From Candidatus Bathyarchaeia archaeon (GTDB taxonomy: Archaea; Thermoproteota; Bathyarchaeia; Bathyarchaeales; Bathycorpusculaceae), in NCBI GenBank assembly GCA_038882655.1, contig JAVZNT010000002.1:1-64000 (forward strand): 64,000 nt of DNA, read 5' to 3'. Below the pieces are notes generated by a model. The model saw nothing but the letters and a program-made list of their open reading frames with translations. It ran no database searches and was not told the origin of the DNA. Every line of letters starts with the position of its first letter. Positions within the stretch are counted from its first letter, which is position 1. This document shows, in pieces, positions 1 through 9,689 of this stretch. A program made the position numbers and the translations under genes.

Positions 1-1284
1 GAAATTTCCCATAAGGCAGCTTTGGAGAACTGGAAGGCTCTCCGATTCCTAAAGGAAAGCATCACCATTCACGAGGTTTCTGACAGTGTATTAACGCCAA
101 GCGTAGAGGCAGAGGTGGTTGTTGACGCGCTTCTTGGGACAGGCACAAAGGGAAGGTTGAAGCCGCCAATACAACAACTTGTTGAAAAAATAAACATGTT
201 GAACGCTTTCAAGGTGGCTGTTGACGTGCCAACGGGCATAGACTCCGACACCGGAGAAGTTCTAGGAACAGCCGTGAAGGCGAATTTAACAATAACCTTT
301 TACAAGGCTAAGGCTGGCTTAGAAAAAGCCAAGGACTACGTTGGCGAACTGCTCGTTAAAGATATAGGCTTGCCAAAAGAGTTGGAAAACTATGCTGGAC
401 CGGGAGACGTCAGCCTCGTCCTAAAACCACGCCCTCCAGAATCCCACAAAGGCGATTTTGGCAGACTCCTCGTGGTAGGAGGAAGCGAAACCTTCTCCGG
501 AGCCCCAGCCCTGGTGGCTCTTGCCGCCCTTAGAACAGGCGTTGATTTGGCTTATGTCGCCGCGCCCTACAAAACAGCCCACGACATCGCCGCTCTCACA
601 CCAGACCTAATAACATTAAAACTTGATGGAGAACACTTGAATATGGACAACATTCCAGCCCTAAAAACATACGTGGAAAAAGTGGACGCCGTAGTCGTCG
701 GTCCCGGATTGGGACTTCACGCGGAAACAAAGGACGCTGTTAAAGCCCTGGTGGAGGTTGTTGAAGGTGCTGGCAAGCCCCTTTTATTGGATGCTGACGG
801 CTTAAAGGCTTTTGCAGAATTCAAGAGAAGGCTTAAAGTGCCAGCGGTGCTCACGCCTCATGCTGGAGAATACGTTATACTGACTGGAAAAGGGTTGCCG
901 GAAAACTTAAAGGAGAAAGCCTTAGAAGCACGGAAAATAGCCGCTGAACTTGGCGTTGTGCTGCTCCTTAAAGGCGCAGTGGACATCGTCGCAGATGAAA
1001 AACGCTTCAAACTTAATTTTACGGGTAATCCTGGCATGACGGTTGGCGGAACTGGAGATTTGCTTTCAGGTATTGTGGGTGCTTTCTTGGTGCAGGGCGC
1101 AGACCCTTTTGAGGCGGCTGTTGCCGGAGCCTTTGTGAATGGGGCTGCTGGAGACTTTGTTTTTGAGGAGAAGGGCTACCACATGGTGGCATCAGACCTG
1201 TTAGACTGGATTCCAAAAGTTTTGGACAACCCAATGAGCCACTTGAAGGTGCAAAGGACGGGTGCAACAGCAAAAACCAGTTAG
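1..1284 (+). CDS. nnr: Bifunctional NAD(P)H-hydrate epimerase/dehydratase (YjeF/Nnr), 5'-truncated by window edge
   Basis: VDALLGTG, VDVPTG (YjeF_N); SHKGDFG, VGPGLG, LTPHAGE, GGTGDLLSG (YjeF_C); frame open from base 1. Confidence 0.93.
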   Translation, partial: EISHKAALENWKALRFLKESITIHEVSDSVLTPSVEAEVVVDALLGTGTKGRLKPPIQQLVEKINMLNAFKVAVDVPTGIDSDTGEVLGTAVKANLTITFYKAKAGLEKAKDYVGELLVKDIGLPKELENYAGPGDVSLVLKPRPPESHKGDFGRLLVVGGSETFSGAPALVALAALRTGVDLAYVAAPYKTAHDIAALTPDLITLKLDGEHLNMDNIPALKTYVEKVDAVVVGPGLGLHAETKDAVKALVEVVEGAGKPLLLDADGLKAFAEFKRRLKVPAVLTPHAGEYVILTGKGLPENLKEKALEARKIAAELGVVLLLKGAVDIVADEKRFKLNFTGNPGMTVGGTGDLLSGIVGAFLVQGADPFEAAVAGAFVNGAAGDFVFEEKGYHMVASDLLDWIPKVLDNPMSHLKVQRTGATAKTS

Positions 1285-1789
1285 AATAGTCGTCTATCAT
1301 GCTGGGCAATGCGACCCAAAAAAGTGCACAGCCCTAAAACTTAAACGCCACGGACTAATCCAGCTGGTGCATCAAATCAAGCACTTGCCAAGAAAAGCTG
1401 TTGTTCTAAATCCATATTCGAAAAGGGCTTTTTCGCCAGCAGACAAGAAACGCGTAGCCAATTTTGGTTTGGCGGCTTTGGACTTCAGCTGGGAACACGC
1501 CGAAAAACCCTTACTAAAAAGCGTGCGTAGCACATCGCGCTGCCTACCATACCTAATAGCTGGCAATCCAGTCAACTTCGGCTGCCCAACAAAGCTCAGC
1601 ACGGCTGAAGCCCTAGCCGCAGCCCTCTACATAGCTGGATACCGCCAAGAAGCCTTTAGGCTTTTGTCCATATTCAAGTGGGGACACACTTTCATAGAAC
1701 TAAACAAGGAAAGGCTTGAAAATTACGCGAAAGCAAAAGACAGCGGCGAAATAGTGGAAATGCAAAAAAAGTGGATAAAAACCGCTTAG
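1262..1789 (+). CDS. tsr3: 16S rRNA aminocarboxypropyltransferase Tsr3 (DUF367)
   Basis: QCDPKKCTALKL, LDFSW, LPYLIAGNPVNFG, KLSTAEALAAAL, FKWGHTF. Confidence 0.92.
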   Translation: MQQQKPVRIVVYHAGQCDPKKCTALKLKRHGLIQLVHQIKHLPRKAVVLNPYSKRAFSPADKKRVANFGLAALDFSWEHAEKPLLKSVRSTSRCLPYLIAGNPVNFGCPTKLSTAEALAAALYIAGYRQEAFRLLSIFKWGHTFIELNKERLENYAKAKDSGEIVEMQKKWIKTA

Positions 1790-2910
1790 GCTTGGCTCTT
1801 CTCCATAGTTTCCGGGTTTTCCAAAAACTCCTTTACGGTGACGAGAAACCTTGCCGCCGGCGCGCCGTCAACAATCCTATGGTCAAAAACTAGGGTTAAA
1901 TAGCCAAATTTTCTAGGCTCAACATGCCCATCCTCAGTGATGAAGGGTTCTGTTTCTATAGCCCCGACAGCTAGAATCGCCGGGTCCGGCGGGTTGATTA
2001 TCGGCGTGAAATACTGTATTCCTAATGCTCCGAGATTCGTCACTGTGAAACTATGGGCTGATTGCTCTTCAAGGGTTATTTCGCCCCGTAAGCCCTTCTC
2101 CTGAAAATCGTTAATCCGCTGTGTTAACTCTTGAATGGAAAGCTTATCAGCGCCCCTTATAACTGGTGCCATCAAGCCTTTTGGCGTGTCCACAGCCACA
2201 GCAATATTAACCTCCTCATGGTAAACGAGCTCTCCGTCCTCCAGCGTCACGTTTAGGTTTTTGTGCTTTTGGAGGGCTAGGGCGACAGCCTTAACAGCAT
2301 AAGCCGTGAAAGAGTCGCCCATTTCCATTCTATGTTTGACAAGTTTGTCTGCGGCAAACTTTGTTGTTAGGGCAACGGGCAAAGCCTCATGAAAACCAGC
2401 ATCAAGCCTCCGGGCAATGGCTTTTCTAATTCCGGCAAAGGGCACTCTGCGCTCAACTGGTTTGGCTTCAGCCTCTGCCTCCGGAATGGCTATACCTCTT
2501 TCCCGTGCCGCAAGCAAAACATCCTCCTTAGTTATTCGCCCATCCGGACCAGTACCCCTAATCTCTTCTAGGGGCATGCCAAGCTGGGCTGCCAGCTTCT
2601 TGGCTAATGGAGAAGCCTTCACCTCAACGGGTGCCGGTTTCTCAGCCCTTTCAATAGTTGGCACTTTCTCTTCGCCTTCAATCTGGCATATTGGCTGACC
2701 AACCTTGACGACTTCGCCTGACTTGCACAAGATTTTTGTTATTCTTCCAGTGTAAGGGGAACGCACCTCAAATGTGGTTTTTTCGCCTTCAGCTATGGCT
2801 ATAACTTCGTCTACTTGAACCATGTCGCCTTCCTGTTTCAGCCACTCGGCAATTATGCCTTCGGTCATTACTGGGTCGACTCTTGGAAAGACAATGACCG
2901 GCATTAGCAC
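1786..2910 (-). CDS. 2-oxoacid/acetoin dehydrogenase E2, dihydrolipoamide acyltransferase
   Basis: Lipoyl domain (EGEKTTFEV), E3-binding ASPLAKK..GTGPDGRITKEDV, catalytic FDHRIVDG. Confidence 0.92.
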   Translation of the reverse strand: MLMPVIVFPRVDPVMTEGIIAEWLKQEGDMVQVDEVIAIAEGEKTTFEVRSPYTGRITKILCKSGEVVKVGQPICQIEGEEKVPTIERAEKPAPVEVKASPLAKKLAAQLGMPLEEIRGTGPDGRITKEDVLLAARERGIAIPEAEAEAKPVERRVPFAGIRKAIARRLDAGFHEALPVALTTKFAADKLVKHRMEMGDSFTAYAVKAVALALQKHKNLNVTLEDGELVYHEEVNIAVAVDTPKGLMAPVIRGADKLSIQELTQRINDFQEKGLRGEITLEEQSAHSFTVTNLGALGIQYFTPIINPPDPAILAVGAIETEPFITEDGHVEPRKFGYLTLVFDHRIVDGAPAARFLVTVKEFLENPETMEKSQA

Positions 2911-3881
2911 ACCAGCCTCCTCGCTGCCTCACATATCTTATCAGAATTAACCAAATACTGGTTTTCCAGCGGTTGGGCAAAGGGCACCGGTAGGTCCGGC
3001 GAATTAACCCGTACTGGCGGGGCATCCAAATAGTCAAAGGCTTCCTCTACAATGCGGCTTATTATCTCGGCTGAAATTCCCCCAGTTTTTGTGCTGTCAT
3101 CCGCCACCAGAAGCCTATTTGTCTTCTTAACGGAATTCGCCAAAGTTTTCACATCCATAGGGTTTAGCGTCATCAAATCTACAACCTCAGCGTCTATACC
3201 CTCAGCAGCAAGCCTATCAGCCGCGGCAAGAGCCTCCTTAACAGTTCTAGAAAAAGCCACAATAGTCAAGTCTGAACCCTTCCGCTTAACATCAGCTTGC
3301 CCAATAGGGATTAAGTATTCGTCCTCCGGCACTGGACCCTTCCAACTGTAAAGCACACCAGCCTCCACAAAAAGAACAGGGTCTTCGCCTCTTATAGCGG
3401 CTTTCAATAAACCCTTAGCGTCTCTAGGAGTGCCAGGAAGCACTGCCCTCAAACCCGGAACGTTAAGGAACCATGAAGCCAAAAACTGGCTGTGCTGGCA
3501 ACCATGAACCCTACCAAGGCTGTACTGCGTCCGAACAACCATTGGGAGGCTTACTTGCCCACCGCTCATAAACCTCATTTTTGCCGCATGAGTTACCAGC
3601 TGATCCATGGCTATGGTGATAAAATCCATATACATTATCTCTGCAACAGGCTTTAATCCAGCGAGTGCTGCTCCTATGGCTGCGCCAACTATGGCGGCTT
3701 CTGATATGGGCGTGTCTTTGACCCTTTCCGTTCCAAATTTTTCCAGCAGTCCCTTTGTAACTTTGTAGACACCTCCAAATACGCCTACGTCTTCACCGAA
3801 GACTATTACGCGGTCGTCGCGTTCCATTTCTTCCCGCAGTGCCTCGTTTAGGGCTTCGGCATAGCTTACCTCCCTAACCAT
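2904..3881 (-). CDS. 2-oxoacid/acetoin dehydrogenase E1 beta subunit
   Basis: FGEDVG..GGV, DTPISE, QHSQ; start moved to ATG 3881 (MVREVSYAE), overlapping the E1 alpha stop. Confidence 0.93.
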   Translation of the reverse strand: MVREVSYAEALNEALREEMERDDRVIVFGEDVGVFGGVYKVTKGLLEKFGTERVKDTPISEAAIVGAAIGAALAGLKPVAEIMYMDFITIAMDQLVTHAAKMRFMSGGQVSLPMVVRTQYSLGRVHGCQHSQFLASWFLNVPGLRAVLPGTPRDAKGLLKAAIRGEDPVLFVEAGVLYSWKGPVPEDEYLIPIGQADVKRKGSDLTIVAFSRTVKEALAAADRLAAEGIDAEVVDLMTLNPMDVKTLANSVKKTNRLLVADDSTKTGGISAEIISRIVEEAFDYLDAPPVRVNSPDLPVPFAQPLENQYLVNSDKICEAARRLVC

Positions 3882-4905
3882 GATAAGGCGCCTCCTCAGC
3901 GTAGACGCATTCCGAAAGCTCGCTGAAATCGAGATGTGGCGCTGCCTTCGCTTTCTCCACACAATCATCCAATGCCTTTTCTATTTCCATGTTTAATGCT
4001 TCAAACCGCTCCTCTGTTATGATGCCAAGCTGCATGAGATTGTTGGCAAATATTTCTATGGGGTCCTTTTTCATCCACTCTTGAACCTCATCTTTGGGGC
4101 GGTATTCAGCCTTGTCATAGACTCCGTGTCCTTTTTTCCGGTATGTTCTACACTCGATAAAGGCGGGACCGTTGCCGCCGCGGACATGGGTCACAGCGGC
4201 TTTTCCACACGTGTAAACGGCTAATACGTCGTTTCCATCCGCCAAATAGGCTTTTATTCCATAACTTGAGGCGCGGGCAGCTATGCTTTCTCCGGCGAAA
4301 GACTTCTTGTGGGGGACTGAAAAGGCGTAGAAATTATTTTCGCAAACGAACAAGACTGGAAGCTTCCAAACAGCCGCCAAGTTTAGGGCTTCGTGAAAGG
4401 CGCCCGTATTTACAGCGCCGTCGCCAAAAAAGACAGCCACAATCTGTTTTCGCTTTCGGTATTGTAGGGCTAATCCTATGCCTACGGCTATTGGTATGCC
4501 TCCGCCAACAATCGCCGAAGCAAGCAGTATATTATGCTCCGTGCTCATGGCAGAATGCATAGAACCGCCCAAACCCTTGCAAGTGCCAGTCCTTCTGCCG
4601 AACAATTCAGCCATCAAAGCTTCAAATGGGACGTTGCGGGCTATGGCGTGTCCATGTCCCCGGTAAGTGGAAATTATAAGGTCTTCGTTGTCCAAAGCCT
4701 TGACTATGCCAGCGGCGACAGCCTCTTGCCCCAAGTATAGGTGGCACGGACCAATCAGTTGACCTTCAAAGAATAGCTTTTCAACGCCCTCCTCAAATTT
4801 TCGCATTTCACACATCTTTCTTAACAGCCATAAAAAATCTTCACGTGACAAACCTAGGGTTAGATATTTTTCGGCGGGAACCTCACCGACGTGTTCCACG
4901 TTCAT
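3874..4905 (-). CDS. 2-oxoacid/acetoin dehydrogenase E1 alpha subunit (TPP-dependent)
   Basis: HLYLGQEA, YRGHGH, GGSMH, TPP motif GDGA..ENN, YRKKGH. Confidence 0.93.
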   Translation of the reverse strand: MNVEHVGEVPAEKYLTLGLSREDFLWLLRKMCEMRKFEEGVEKLFFEGQLIGPCHLYLGQEAVAAGIVKALDNEDLIISTYRGHGHAIARNVPFEALMAELFGRRTGTCKGLGGSMHSAMSTEHNILLASAIVGGGIPIAVGIGLALQYRKRKQIVAVFFGDGAVNTGAFHEALNLAAVWKLPVLFVCENNFYAFSVPHKKSFAGESIAARASSYGIKAYLADGNDVLAVYTCGKAAVTHVRGGNGPAFIECRTYRKKGHGVYDKAEYRPKDEVQEWMKKDPIEIFANNLMQLGIITEERFEALNMEIEKALDDCVEKAKAAPHLDFSELSECVYAEEAPYHG

Positions 4906-5001
4906 GATGGTGCGCCACCGTTCCAGAGTTTAAAGCCTCTATCATTTATAAAGGTTGGAGCATCTAAATTTTCAGCATCAAAGTTGGGGGGATATAGGCA
5001 T

Positions 5002-6177
5002 ATGCTTGAAAGAGAGCTCCTCATGATTCCAGGTCCAACAAACATTGCGCCTTCAGTTTTGCGCGCCATATGCAAGCCTCCAGTCTCCCACACAAGCCAA
5101 GAATTTGCCAATATGTTTAAGGAAGCCCTAAACAGTTTGAAGAGGGTTTTCATGACTGAAAGTGACGTTTTCGTGGTGGCTGGTTCTGGAACTCTAGCCC
5201 TAGAAATGGCGGTAGCAAACATTGTGGAGCCTGGCGACAAGGTGCTTAATGCTGTTTCAGGGTTTTTTGGGCAGTATTTCGTTGAAATGTGCAAGGTTTA
5301 TGGCGCGGCTTCTCGTGTTTTAGAGGTGCCATATGGCATGGCTGTAAAGCCGGAACAAGTCAAGGAGGCATTAGAGGAGGGTGGTTTTAAGGCCGTCACT
5401 GTTACTCATGTGGAAACTTCAACAGGGGTGGCGAACCCCATAAAAGAGATTGGCGAGGTGGTGCGAAAGTACAGCGACGCCTTCTACATCGTTGACACCG
5501 TCTGCTCGCTTGGCGGAATGGAGGTCCACGTAGACGAATGGGGCATAGACGTTTGCGTTTCGGGTTCACAGAAATGTGTAGGCGTTCCACCTGGATTGGC
5601 TTTTGTGGCTGTTAGCCAAAAAGCCTTAGAGTACTTGGAGAGACGCAAAACGCTGGTTGGCTCGTGGTACGGCAGCTTTAAGAATTGGCTTCCAGTTATG
5701 CGGGACCCGACGAAGTATTTTGCAACTCCGCCAGTGAACATGATTTACGCCTTACATGAAGCTTTGAAGCTTGTACTTGACGAGGGATTGGAAAACCGTT
5801 TTAGAAGGCATCATGTTTTGGCTGAAGCTTTTAGAGCCGCCATGAACGCTTTAAACCTTAAAATCGTGGCAGAAAAGGGATACGAGGCGGATACTGTTAC
5901 AGCCATTTACTATCCAGGGGGCATAGATGACAACCTGTTCAGAGGCGAAATGAAGAAGAGTGGAATTGTTGCGGCTTCAACCCTTGGACCGTTGAAGGGA
6001 AAGGGCTTCCGGGTTGGACACATGGGAAACGTGAACCAAAATGACATAGCCGCCGCAATATCCGCAATAGAAGCAACACTGAAGCGCTTCGGATACGATA
6101 TTAGTCTTGGGAGCGGAGTGAAAGCTGCTGAAGATAGAATCCTCTCAGCCCAAGGGCTGCAACCATGGAGTCTATAA
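5002..6177 (+). CDS. Class V aminotransferase (alanine-glyoxylate/serine-pyruvate family)
   Basis: LMIPGP, HVETSTGV, VDTVCSLGG, SGSQKC (PLP Lys), FRVGHMG; likely start ATG 5002. Confidence 0.9.
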   Translation: MLERELLMIPGPTNIAPSVLRAICKPPVSHTSQEFANMFKEALNSLKRVFMTESDVFVVAGSGTLALEMAVANIVEPGDKVLNAVSGFFGQYFVEMCKVYGAASRVLEVPYGMAVKPEQVKEALEEGGFKAVTVTHVETSTGVANPIKEIGEVVRKYSDAFYIVDTVCSLGGMEVHVDEWGIDVCVSGSQKCVGVPPGLAFVAVSQKALEYLERRKTLVGSWYGSFKNWLPVMRDPTKYFATPPVNMIYALHEALKLVLDEGLENRFRRHHVLAEAFRAAMNALNLKIVAEKGYEADTVTAIYYPGGIDDNLFRGEMKKSGIVAASTLGPLKGKGFRVGHMGNVNQNDIAAAISAIEATLKRFGYDISLGSGVKAAEDRILSAQGLQPWSL

Positions 6178-6788
6178 CAGACTTTTACCTCTTCTTGGCT
6201 TCTGTGGTTTTCATATCCCTTTCAGGAGTTATGATGCCGGGACCAGTATTCGCCGTAACAATAGCGAAGGGTTATAGAAGCAAAACCGCTGGCGTCTTAA
6301 TAGCTCTTGGACATGGAGTTGTGGAGTTCCCGCTAATCCTTCTCCTATATTTTGGGCTTTCATGGTTTTTCGCTTATGCTCTCGTGCAAAAGACTATAGG
6401 CTTTGTCGGCGGAGCTGTGATGATTTACATGGGTTTTCAGACCTTTAAAACGAGAAGAGAAGCCGTTGCAGAGACAAGCCATTCTGGGCATGCCTCCTTC
6501 ATTGCGGGTTTAGTTGCAACCAGCGCAAACCCATACTTCTTCTTTTGGTGGGCAACGGTTGGCGCAGCCCTCATTTTGACGGCCTCAACATTCGGCACTG
6601 TTGGATTGTTGGCTTTCGCCATTGTTCATTGGCTATGCGACCTAGCATGGGACACCTTCGTTTCCGTAACTGTTTTCAAGTCGAGGCGCTTCTGGAATGA
6701 AAGAGTTTTTACAATAGTCTTTCTTTTCTGCTTTGCAGTCCTCGTGGTTTTCGGTTTATGGTTTATCATTTCAGCTTTACTGCGGTAG
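6165..6788 (+). CDS. LysE-family amino-acid exporter
   Basis: SGVMMPGP, GHGVVE, NPYFFFWW; hydrophobic helices. Confidence 0.85.
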   Translation: MESITDFYLFLASVVFISLSGVMMPGPVFAVTIAKGYRSKTAGVLIALGHGVVEFPLILLLYFGLSWFFAYALVQKTIGFVGGAVMIYMGFQTFKTRREAVAETSHSGHASFIAGLVATSANPYFFFWWATVGAALILTASTFGTVGLLAFAIVHWLCDLAWDTFVSVTVFKSRRFWNERVFTIVFLFCFAVLVVFGLWFIISALLR

Positions 6789-8162
6789 GTTGCTCACCTT
6801 TTTGAGTCGATAACGCTCATAAATCAATTCGACGCGTTCTCCATCAACAATGAATTCTACTGGGATTTTGCCGCCAGCCTGTAGGGCGTAAAACCTTTTC
6901 ACACCGCCTTCAATATCTTCTGGGATTAATAGTATTATCATATCAGTGTATTTGTCGCAGATTTCTATTTGGAGAAGCCCGCCCTTAGGCACGACTTTGG
7001 CGTCCATAGTTCCTTTATAAGTCTGGTATAATCCGCTTAACAACTCGTAGGTTTTCTCGTATTTGATAAAGGGAAGCTCGTCGGGGTCTTTGTCCAGCAA
7101 TAGGGCTAGCGCATACAAACCCATCTGAGAAAGCGGGTAACCACTTCCATTAGCCAAAAGCGCCACTCCAACCCGTTTTTCGGGTATATAGCCCATGTAA
7201 GCAGTGTAAACAAGCACCGACCCGCCGTGTCCAACAAGCTTATAGCCAAAGAAGTTGGGGATTATGCTTAATCCATAGCCGTAAGATTCTCCGCCGAAAA
7301 CTTGAAGCGGCACCTTAACCCGTGGCTCTTCCATCTCTTTGATGGATTTTGAAGAAGCCAAAGTGTTTCCGTTATGTTTTCCTCTGTTGAGGTACATGAT
7401 TATATAGCGTGCCAAATCAATAACGTTGCTTATCAATCCGCCATCCGCATAAATCCCGTAAGGAAAAACAGACTTTTTAGGCTCTCCGTCTCGTGTGATA
7501 ATATACGGCGTTGCAACGTTAGCATCTGCCTCAACATCCTCCCTACGGAAGAAGCTTCTATCCGTCCCTAAGGGTTTAAAGATGTTCTCCCTAACGTACT
7601 TGTCATAACTCACACCAGAAACTTTCTCGATGATGTGGCCCAAAATCACATAGCCCTCATTCAGATAGAACCATCTTTCACCAGGCTTTGCCAAAACCCA
7701 CCGGTTCGCGTCCCGCATGAATGTGAAGAGGTCTTCCGCACTGGCGATGAGCACCCACTTGCCACCAGCTCCAGTCACATAACGGATTAAGCCTTCAGCA
7801 TAAGCCAGTGCTGGTATACCAGAAGCATGACAAAGCAGATGCCAAATTTTAACTGGTTTTTCACCTTTAGATTCCAAGTTTAGCGGAATATACTTCTTAA
7901 CAGGGTCGTCGAGGCTTAGCTTTCCCTTTTCCGCAAGCTGCATTATGGACAAAGCAGTAAAAGACTTCGTGACCGAGCCAACGCCGTACAAGGTTTCTGG
8001 TGTAGCCCTTAATCCATACTTCAAGTCGCGGAAGCCAAAACCTCTTGTATAGGCTAATTCACCTTTCTCAATTATCGCCAAGCTCAGCCCCGGAAGGCGG
8101 GTTTTTGAAATCTTTTCGAAGATGAATTCTTCCAGTGTGCCATAATCCATTTTGTTGGACAC
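6777..8162 (-). CDS. Beta-lactamase-family serine hydrolase (Pab87/CubicO-like peptidase)
   Basis: SVTK (SxxK), YLN (YxN), HGG, plus a C-terminal extension resembling the Pab87 octamerisation domain. Confidence 0.85.
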   Translation of the reverse strand: MSNKMDYGTLEEFIFEKISKTRLPGLSLAIIEKGELAYTRGFGFRDLKYGLRATPETLYGVGSVTKSFTALSIMQLAEKGKLSLDDPVKKYIPLNLESKGEKPVKIWHLLCHASGIPALAYAEGLIRYVTGAGGKWVLIASAEDLFTFMRDANRWVLAKPGERWFYLNEGYVILGHIIEKVSGVSYDKYVRENIFKPLGTDRSFFRREDVEADANVATPYIITRDGEPKKSVFPYGIYADGGLISNVIDLARYIIMYLNRGKHNGNTLASSKSIKEMEEPRVKVPLQVFGGESYGYGLSIIPNFFGYKLVGHGGSVLVYTAYMGYIPEKRVGVALLANGSGYPLSQMGLYALALLLDKDPDELPFIKYEKTYELLSGLYQTYKGTMDAKVVPKGGLLQIEICDKYTDMIILLIPEDIEGGVKRFYALQAGGKIPVEFIVDGERVELIYERYRLKKVSNLPQ

Positions 8163-8248
8163 TCCCTTTCGCCATTTCTTGTATGCCGGTGCTTGTTGAT
8201 AAGCTTAAACATTTAAAAGTGCAAGCCAGCCATGAAAATAATTGAGGG

Positions 8249-8818
8249 TTGATTATGCCGGGGAAAATTGAATACCAAATTGGGAAGGCGAAATTGTGCC
8301 TAGTTCAAGGAGACATAACAGAAATGGAAACAGACGCCATAGTCAACGCTGCAAACCCATCCCTAATGGGAGGTGGTGGAGTAGACGGAGCCATCCACAG
8401 AAAGGGCGGACCAAAAATCCTTGAAGAATGCAAGCGCATAAGGGCAACCGAATGGCCCGACGGGCTTCCAACAGGAAAAGCCGTAATTACCACAGGCGGA
8501 AACTTAAAGGCTAAATATGTCATTCACACTGTTGGACCGATTTGGCGGGGAGGAAAAAGCGGAGAGCCGGAACTTTTGGCGGAAGCCTACCACAACTCAT
8601 TGGTACTAGCCATTTCAAAAGGCTTAAAGACAATAGCTTTTCCGTCAATAAGTACGGGCGCCTACGGATACCCGATCCAAGAGGCTTGTAGAGTAGCCCT
8701 AAAAACAGTTAAAGAGTTCTTAGAGAAGGAGGACAAGTTGGAAAAAGTTGTGCTTGTCCTATATAGCAGACATGACTTTGAGGTTTATAGGGAAGCAGCA
8801 AAAGAAACCTTGCAATAG
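8249..8818 (+). CDS. Macrodomain protein (O-acetyl-ADP-ribose deacetylase / ADP-ribosylhydrolase)
   Basis: GDIT, IVNAAN..GGGGVDGAIH, HTVGP, FPSISTGAYGYP. Confidence 0.93.
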   Translation: MIMPGKIEYQIGKAKLCLVQGDITEMETDAIVNAANPSLMGGGGVDGAIHRKGGPKILEECKRIRATEWPDGLPTGKAVITTGGNLKAKYVIHTVGPIWRGGKSGEPELLAEAYHNSLVLAISKGLKTIAFPSISTGAYGYPIQEACRVALKTVKEFLEKEDKLEKVVLVLYSRHDFEVYREAAKETLQ

Positions 8819-8823
8819 CAGTG

Positions 8824-8976
8824 TTAATATCTGATGTAGACTTTGCCGCCCAGCTCTTCAACGCTAGCCTTAAGTGTTTCCAAAACCTGCCTCATTTTGC
8901 CATTAACAGTTTCCTGCCACCCTTTAGGGCCACTTGGAACTATAACTTCTATTATGCAGTAGTACTGTTCTCCCAA
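8824..8976 (-). CDS. Small hypothetical protein (50 aa, not in ORF track)
   Basis: TTG start 8976, MGEQYYCIIEVIVPSGPKGWQETVNGKMRQVLETLKASVEELGGKVYIRY*, purine-rich upstream, converges on the macrodomain gene. Confidence 0.5.
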   Translation of the reverse strand: MGEQYYCIIEVIVPSGPKGWQETVNGKMRQVLETLKASVEELGGKVYIRY

Positions 8977-9095
8977 ACTCTTCTATGCCTCGCGGTTCTT
9001 TGGATAGAAGATTTAGTGTTGGGAGACTTAAGTTGTGTGAATTTAGGATATGAATCATTAATATTTTAAAGTTGAATTCCAATAAACGTGATACT

Positions 9096-9689
9096 TTAGC
9101 CTAAATCAAGAACCAAGCTTGGAATAAGACCCATAAGCGACGGTTTCCGTATTTCACGCTTAACAAGAAGCGGGTCAATGTAGGCGACCAAAGTTTTTCC
9201 ATTGGCATCTTCTGGAAGTCTTCAAAACCTCTTCAAATCTTTTTCAGCAAGCCTTTTCCTCTCAGCCAAATCGAATTGGAGTGCAAGCTCTATGGATTTT
9301 ATGTAAAAGTCTGTTATGGCATAGTTCACAAGCCTAAGGTTAAATTTTAAGTCTTTGTCTCCAAGCCTTTCCCTTGTTTTGAGAACTGCGACCACTGCGC
9401 TTTCAAAGTCTTTTAGGCTTTCCTCCTTCAAAGTTATTAAGGGGCATACAAAGCTGGAAGCTTGAAAAAGTGAATCCAAAACTGGGTTCTCCACCATTTT
9501 TGGTATAGTTAAGAGTTTCTTCCAGCTCAAATCGAGCTTTAAAGTTTCAGAGACGCCAAGTTGCCTATACCTAAATTTTCTTTTAAGCCATTCAAGCTCT
9601 TTTTCCGGAGAAACCCCTTTTGAAAGGTAGATTATCCCTCTAAGGTTTTTCACGAAATATAGACGTTGATGCTCCGGGATTTCGTCCAC
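9096..9689 (-). pseudogene. Hypothetical protein interrupted by an in-frame TGA (9222-9224)
   Basis: ORF 9689-9222 ends DLKRF-TGA; the same frame continues RLPEDANGKTLVAYIDPLLVKREIRKPSLMGLIPSLVLDLG to TAA at 9096. Confidence 0.55.

Noticed and set aside
8249-8818. Macrodomain as a DarG-type antitoxin
   Set aside because: Stand-alone MacroD-type sequence with no ADP-ribosyltransferase neighbour.
8821-9069. 82-aa plus-strand ORF
   Set aside because: Atypical composition; antisense to a more plausible 50-aa ORF.
9222-9224. Selenocysteine codon
   Set aside because: No redox-motif context or evident SECIS, and HdrA/MvhD use Cys; Trp-to-stop is simpler.
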